Source: a virus
Lineage: Duplodnaviria; Caudoviricetes
IMG/VR virus record: IMGVR_UViG_3300032320_000993
Location: 1-56,504 of that record
Length of the DNA stretch: 56,504 nucleotides
Direction: 5' to 3' (one strand)
Shown: positions 52,978 to 56,504 of the stretch, piece by piece
Layout: every line of letters starts with the position of its first letter
Numbering within the stretch: position 1 is the stretch's first letter
Notes under the pieces: model-generated
Databases searched by the model: none
What the model was told of the DNA's origin: nothing
The model's input: only the letters and a program-made list of their open reading frames with translations
Translations under genes and position numbers: made by a program

Positions 52978-53262
52978 ATGAAGGGTCGTAAATCACGCGC
53001 ATCTGGTGGCGTAAATGAAATGGCGCAGGATCAGGCGCAAAAGAATATGCGCTACACTTATGAGAGCAATGTCAACGAAGCGGCTGAAAAGCGTAAGCGC
53101 GGCGGCAAGACTGTTGGCAAGGTTAAGGGTATGGACGCCATGGCATGTGCAGCCCGCAAGCCGCGCAAGTCTGGTGGAGCATGCGACAGCGGCAGTCCGT
53201 TTTCGTCCGCTCGTCAAGGCACCCCTGCAAAGGGTCGCAATGTCAGCGGTTCGTTGACCTGA
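52978..53262 (+). CDS. Small basic protein with three xxxGG motifs
   Basis: AAGGAG RBS; RASGG, RKRGG, RKSGG. Confidence 0.6.
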   Translation: MKGRKSRASGGVNEMAQDQAQKNMRYTYESNVNEAAEKRKRGGKTVGKVKGMDAMACAARKPRKSGGACDSGSPFSSARQGTPAKGRNVSGSLT

Positions 53263-53286
53263 TCGCTAAAATCTTGCTAAAATAGG

Positions 53287-53311
53287 ACGGGGGCTTAACG
53301 GCCCCCGTTTT
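53287..53311 (+). terminator. Rho-independent terminator
   Basis: ACGGGGGC-TTAACG-GCCCCCGT-TTT. Confidence 0.75.
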
Positions 53312-53326
53312 ACTATGGAGATCCTC

Positions 53327-53596
53327 ATGTCTGATGCATGGCAGCGCAAGGAAGGCCAGTCCAAGTCTGGCGGCTTGAATGACAAGGGGCGCGCATCTCT
53401 TCGCGCAGAGGGCCGCGACATAAAGCGCCCGGTGACAGCAGAAGAGGCAGATCGCAGCCCTGCCGCAGCCGAAAGGCGCGACAACTTTCGTTCACGCATG
53501 TGCGGAATGAAAGAAAAGCTCACGTCAGCAAAGACCGCACACGACCCCAACAGCCGCATCAATCTGGCGCTCAAAAGATGGGACGTGAAGTGCTAG
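53327..53596 (+). CDS. DUF6321-like small basic phage protein
   Basis: AWQRKEG...GGLN..GRAS...RR.NF..RM...DPNSRINLALKRW. Confidence 0.6.
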   Translation: MSDAWQRKEGQSKSGGLNDKGRASLRAEGRDIKRPVTAEEADRSPAAAERRDNFRSRMCGMKEKLTSAKTAHDPNSRINLALKRWDVKC

Positions 53597-53605
53597 TCTT
53601 GCGCC

Positions 53606-53634
53606 TTGATAAGTGTTATTTGACGGTATAGAAT
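53606..53634 (+). promoter_or_regulatory. sigma70-like promoter
   Basis: TTGATA-N17-TAGAAT. Confidence 0.55.
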
Positions 53635-53654
53635 TTTAAAAAAGGGACTTCGGC

Positions 53655-54458
53655 ATGGCCACCTTCAATACCACTGGCGTTGTTTGCCAATCCATCAGCC
53701 GCGTTGGAGCGACTGAGCCATTTGAACTTCAAGTCGCCCGTGGGCAGATCACAGGGCACAACAACAAACTTATCTCTGGTATTAGCGGTGGTGTGGGCAC
53801 ATCTACCATAACCGTATGGAGCCAAAACGCAGTCTATGCGTATCTTTCAACGGCATCGGTAATGAAGATTTCAAGCACCAGTGCAAGTGACACCGATGCT
53901 GGCACCGGAGCGCGCACAGTTTCTATTTACGGCTTGGACGCCAATTATAACCAAATTAATGAGATTGTAACGCTGAACGGCCAAACCGCTGTCAACACCG
54001 TCAACAGCTATCTCCGTGTTTTTCACCTTGCAGTGGTCACTGCTGGATCGGGCGAAGCTGCCGCTGGGACGATTTACGCTGGCACGGGAGCTGTTACTTC
54101 CGGTGTCCCAGCCGTTATTTATTCAGTCTATACAACCGCCAACGGCGCTACAGCGACCATCTGGACTGTCCCTGCTGGCTACACCGCATATATCACCAGC
54201 TACGCTGCTGGATATTCCAATGCCTCAGCAACCGCAAATGGCACAATCTACCTTACTGTAAGGCCGTTTGGTTCTGTTTTTGACACCATTTCTCAGCTTC
54301 GGGTTTCCAACGGCGTTCAGGGTTGGATTGCATTCCAATACCCCCTTGCTGTTGATGAAAAGTCCGACATTGAAATTCGGGCCGTGTCCTCAGCAGCAAG
54401 CTCTGGCGTGACGGCTGAATTCCAAGTCGTATACATCAAGAATGAAGGCGCTCTTTAA
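53655..54458 (+). CDS. Virion structural protein
   Basis: LQVARGQI, GTGARTVSIYGLDANY and TVPAGYTAY motifs; beta-rich. Confidence 0.6.
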   Translation: MATFNTTGVVCQSISRVGATEPFELQVARGQITGHNNKLISGISGGVGTSTITVWSQNAVYAYLSTASVMKISSTSASDTDAGTGARTVSIYGLDANYNQINEIVTLNGQTAVNTVNSYLRVFHLAVVTAGSGEAAAGTIYAGTGAVTSGVPAVIYSVYTTANGATATIWTVPAGYTAYITSYAAGYSNASATANGTIYLTVRPFGSVFDTISQLRVSNGVQGWIAFQYPLAVDEKSDIEIRAVSSAASSGVTAEFQVVYIKNEGAL

Positions 54459-54470
54459 GGGGTAAACGTC

Positions 54471-55160
54471 ATGACCGTAAGCGGCACTTTCAATTATAAT
54501 CCGTCGCTTGGCGAACTGACGCTGTATGCCTTTAACCTGTGTGGAATTCGCAACACTGCGTTGCTCCAAGAACACATGGAGTCGGCGCGCATGGCGTCGA
54601 ACCTGCTGCTTGGCCGCTGGTCTTCAGAGGGCGTTAACCTCTGGATGGTTGATCTCCAGACGATCCCGTTGATCAAGGGCGTGTCAGAGTATTCGCTGCC
54701 CGCAAATAACATCATCATGCTCGACACATACATTCAGACGGACGACGGCACAGGCCCTCCAATTGACCGCCTGATCTTGCCAATCAGTCGCACGGAATAC
54801 GCCTCCTACCCCAACAAGGAGCAGCAGGGCTTCCCAACGACGTACTGGCAGGACCGCCAAATCTCCGGCACCGTGAACCTGTGGCCGGTCCCGGATGGCA
54901 CCCAGACGTCTTTGAAGTTCTACCAGCTTTGCCAAATTGACGACTCCAACTTTATAAACGGGCAAACGGTCAACGCTCCCGTTTATTTCCTTGAGGCCTT
55001 TGCCTATGGATTGGCGCAGCGTCTGGCCATGATCTGGGCTCCTGATCGCGTTCAGATCCTGAAGCCATTGGCCGACGAAGCCTATCAGATTGCCGCGATG
55101 CAGAACGTGGAGACCGCGCAGCAGTACATCTCGCCCATGATCTCTGGCTATTTCAGGTAG
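54471..55160 (+). CDS. Head-tail connector/adaptor
   Basis: WSSEGVNLW, ISRTEY...NK..QG.P and LWPVPD motifs. Confidence 0.7.
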   Translation: MTVSGTFNYNPSLGELTLYAFNLCGIRNTALLQEHMESARMASNLLLGRWSSEGVNLWMVDLQTIPLIKGVSEYSLPANNIIMLDTYIQTDDGTGPPIDRLILPISRTEYASYPNKEQQGFPTTYWQDRQISGTVNLWPVPDGTQTSLKFYQLCQIDDSNFINGQTVNAPVYFLEAFAYGLAQRLAMIWAPDRVQILKPLADEAYQIAAMQNVETAQQYISPMISGYFR

Positions 55161-55165
55161 TATCA

Positions 55166-55903
55166 ATGGCATATGCCTCACAGTCAGGTCGGGCCAGAAC
55201 AAGTCCATCCAGCCCTCAAGCGCATGCAATCTGTGATCGCTGCGGGTTCCGGTACAACCATGTCGATCTTCAGTGGCAGTATGACTGGCGCGGCGCTGCC
55301 TTGCAGAACGTCCGCATCCTTGTCTGCAATAGCTGCTTGGACGTGCCTCAGGAGCAGTTGAGGGCCATTGTGGTGCCCGCTGATCCCGTTCCCATTATGC
55401 AGGCGCGTGTGCAGGACTTTGCAACCCCTGAGACCGACTTCCAAACAACCACGGCACCGTCGATCATTGACCCTCAGACTGGCATCCCAATTCCTGTTGG
55501 CGATACGATTTTGACGCAAGTCGGCGGTGACAACCTTTTGACCCAGCAAACTGGAGCGCCAACCGGCTTGAACCAAGGTGCTGTCATGCCATTGCTTGGC
55601 AAGGAGCATTTTAACGTAAAGCTCAACCCGCTTTCAGTGTCGGCTATTGGCACAGATCAGATCTCTGTGACGTTCCCGTCCGCACACGGCCTTGCGACCA
55701 ATGACCAAATCTCTGTTCAGGGTCTTGCAAACCCGGACGCATGCGGGTTTTATAGCATTACGGTGACGACAGCGACGGCGTTTACCTATCAAACAAATAC
55801 GGCTATACCGGCAGCATCACTTCTTACCGCAACGACAAATATGGTTACTGCGTCGGTCGGCATCCCATACGGGTTTGAGCAGATACCGCAGACGGGGATT
55901 TAA
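55166..55903 (+). CDS. Hypothetical protein with CxxC...CxxC Zn-finger and C-terminal beta domain
   Basis: [10 protein letters not shown]...VCNSCLD; [14 protein letters not shown]. Confidence 0.6.
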   Translation: MAYASQSGRARTSPSSPQAHAICDRCGFRYNHVDLQWQYDWRGAALQNVRILVCNSCLDVPQEQLRAIVVPADPVPIMQARVQDFATPETDFQTTTAPSIIDPQTGIPIPVGDTILTQVGGDNLLTQQTGAPTGLNQGAVMPLLGKEHFNVKLNPLSVSAIGTDQISVTFPSAHGLATNDQISVQGLANPDACGFYSITVTTATAFTYQTNTAIPAASLLTATTNMVTASVGIPYGFEQIPQTGI

Positions 55904-55905
55904 CA

Positions 55906-56504
55906 ATGGCCAACACGACAATTCCTCAACTTCCCCTTGCAGTTGGACTGGATGGCTCAGAGCAGTTACAGATTGTTCAGAGTGGCACGTCCAAGCGCAC
56001 AACTGTTGGTGCCATCTTTGGCTCAGGACCTACAGGAAGTACAGGAAGTACAGGACCCACCGGTCCCACAGGCCCGACAGGGCCTTCAGGCGGTCCACCG
56101 GGACCCACAGGTGCCACAGGGCCTACGGGCCCCTCAGGCGGTCCAATAGGACCCACAGGACCCACAGGACCCACGGGCGCTTCTGGCGTTGCTGGGGCCA
56201 CTGGCCCTACGGGGGCTACAGGGGCCACGGGCTCTGGTGCTACAGGGGCTTCGGGCGCTGCTGGCGCTACGGGACCTACAGGGGCTTCGGGCGCTGCTGG
56301 CGCTACTGGACCTACAGGGGCCTCAGGCGCTGCTGGCGCTACTGGACCCACAGGAGCTTCGGGCGCTGCTGGCGCTACTGGGCCTACGGGGCCTACGGGA
56401 ACTACAGGGGCTTCGGGCGCTGCTGGCGCTACGGGACCTACAGGGGCCTCAGGCGCTGCTGGCGCTACTGGACCCACAGGAGCTTCGGGCGCTGCTGGCG
56501 CTAC
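55906..56504 (+). CDS. Collagen-like tail fibre, N-terminal part (continues across the contig junction into 1..2415; ~980 aa in total)
   Basis: ATG at 55906 gives [33 protein letters not shown] followed by G-X-T repeats, open to the end. Position 56434 is in frame and equals position 1, which is in frame with ORF 160..2415. Confidence 0.85.
   Translation, partial: MANTTIPQLPLAVGLDGSEQLQIVQSGTSKRTTVGAIFGSGPTGSTGSTGPTGPTGPTGPSGGPPGPTGATGPTGPSGGPIGPTGPTGPTGASGVAGATGPTGATGATGSGATGASGAAGATGPTGASGAAGATGPTGASGAAGATGPTGASGAAGATGPTGPTGTTGASGAAGATGPTGASGAAGATGPTGASGAAGA

Noticed and set aside
56434-56504. 71-nt identity with bases 1..71 as a biological direct terminal repeat
   Set aside because: It lies in frame inside a collagen-coding repeat and also occurs at 56308. 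This fits an assembler overlap, and the collagen repeat count may be mis-assembled.

Overview
This window looks like an essentially complete, circularly assembled ~56.4-kb dsDNA tailed-phage genome with podovirus-like organisation. The host is probably an alphaproteobacterium, inferred from a GapR homologue and promoter style. The contig opens inside a collagen-like repeat of a tail-fibre gene (71-nt overlap between the two ends). The + strand late region runs terS, terL, portal, a 1643-aa multi-module protein, a GG-repeat basic protein, GroES, scaffold, major capsid protein, adaptors, fibres, a GT2 glycosyltransferase, a stabilisation protein, a GNAT protein, ejection proteins and a lysis cassette (GH19 endolysin, spanins). 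The early/replication region has an SSB-like protein, a PD-(D/E)XK nuclease, HTH proteins, GapR, RuvC, a prim-pol/AAA helicase, a methyltransferase, ArdC and an iteron-like origin. I saw no integrase, DNA polymerase, prohead protease, tRNA or CRISPR array. Most notable observations: (1) a short [FYMKR]-[AK/x]-x-G-G peptide motif repeated about 30 times at module junctions of six putative capsid-internal proteins, a candidate cargo-loading or processing tag; (2) an ejection protein with two S74 autocleavage domains plus a muramidase; (3) a giant protein ending in an EndoIII-like HhH glycosylase; (4) a BclA/SgtA-like collagen fibre plus glycosyltransferase pair; (5) an 8-copy AGGGC-N5-GCCCT operator regulon; (6) several structured non-coding elements. 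All product calls come from motif recognition by eye, not database searches.
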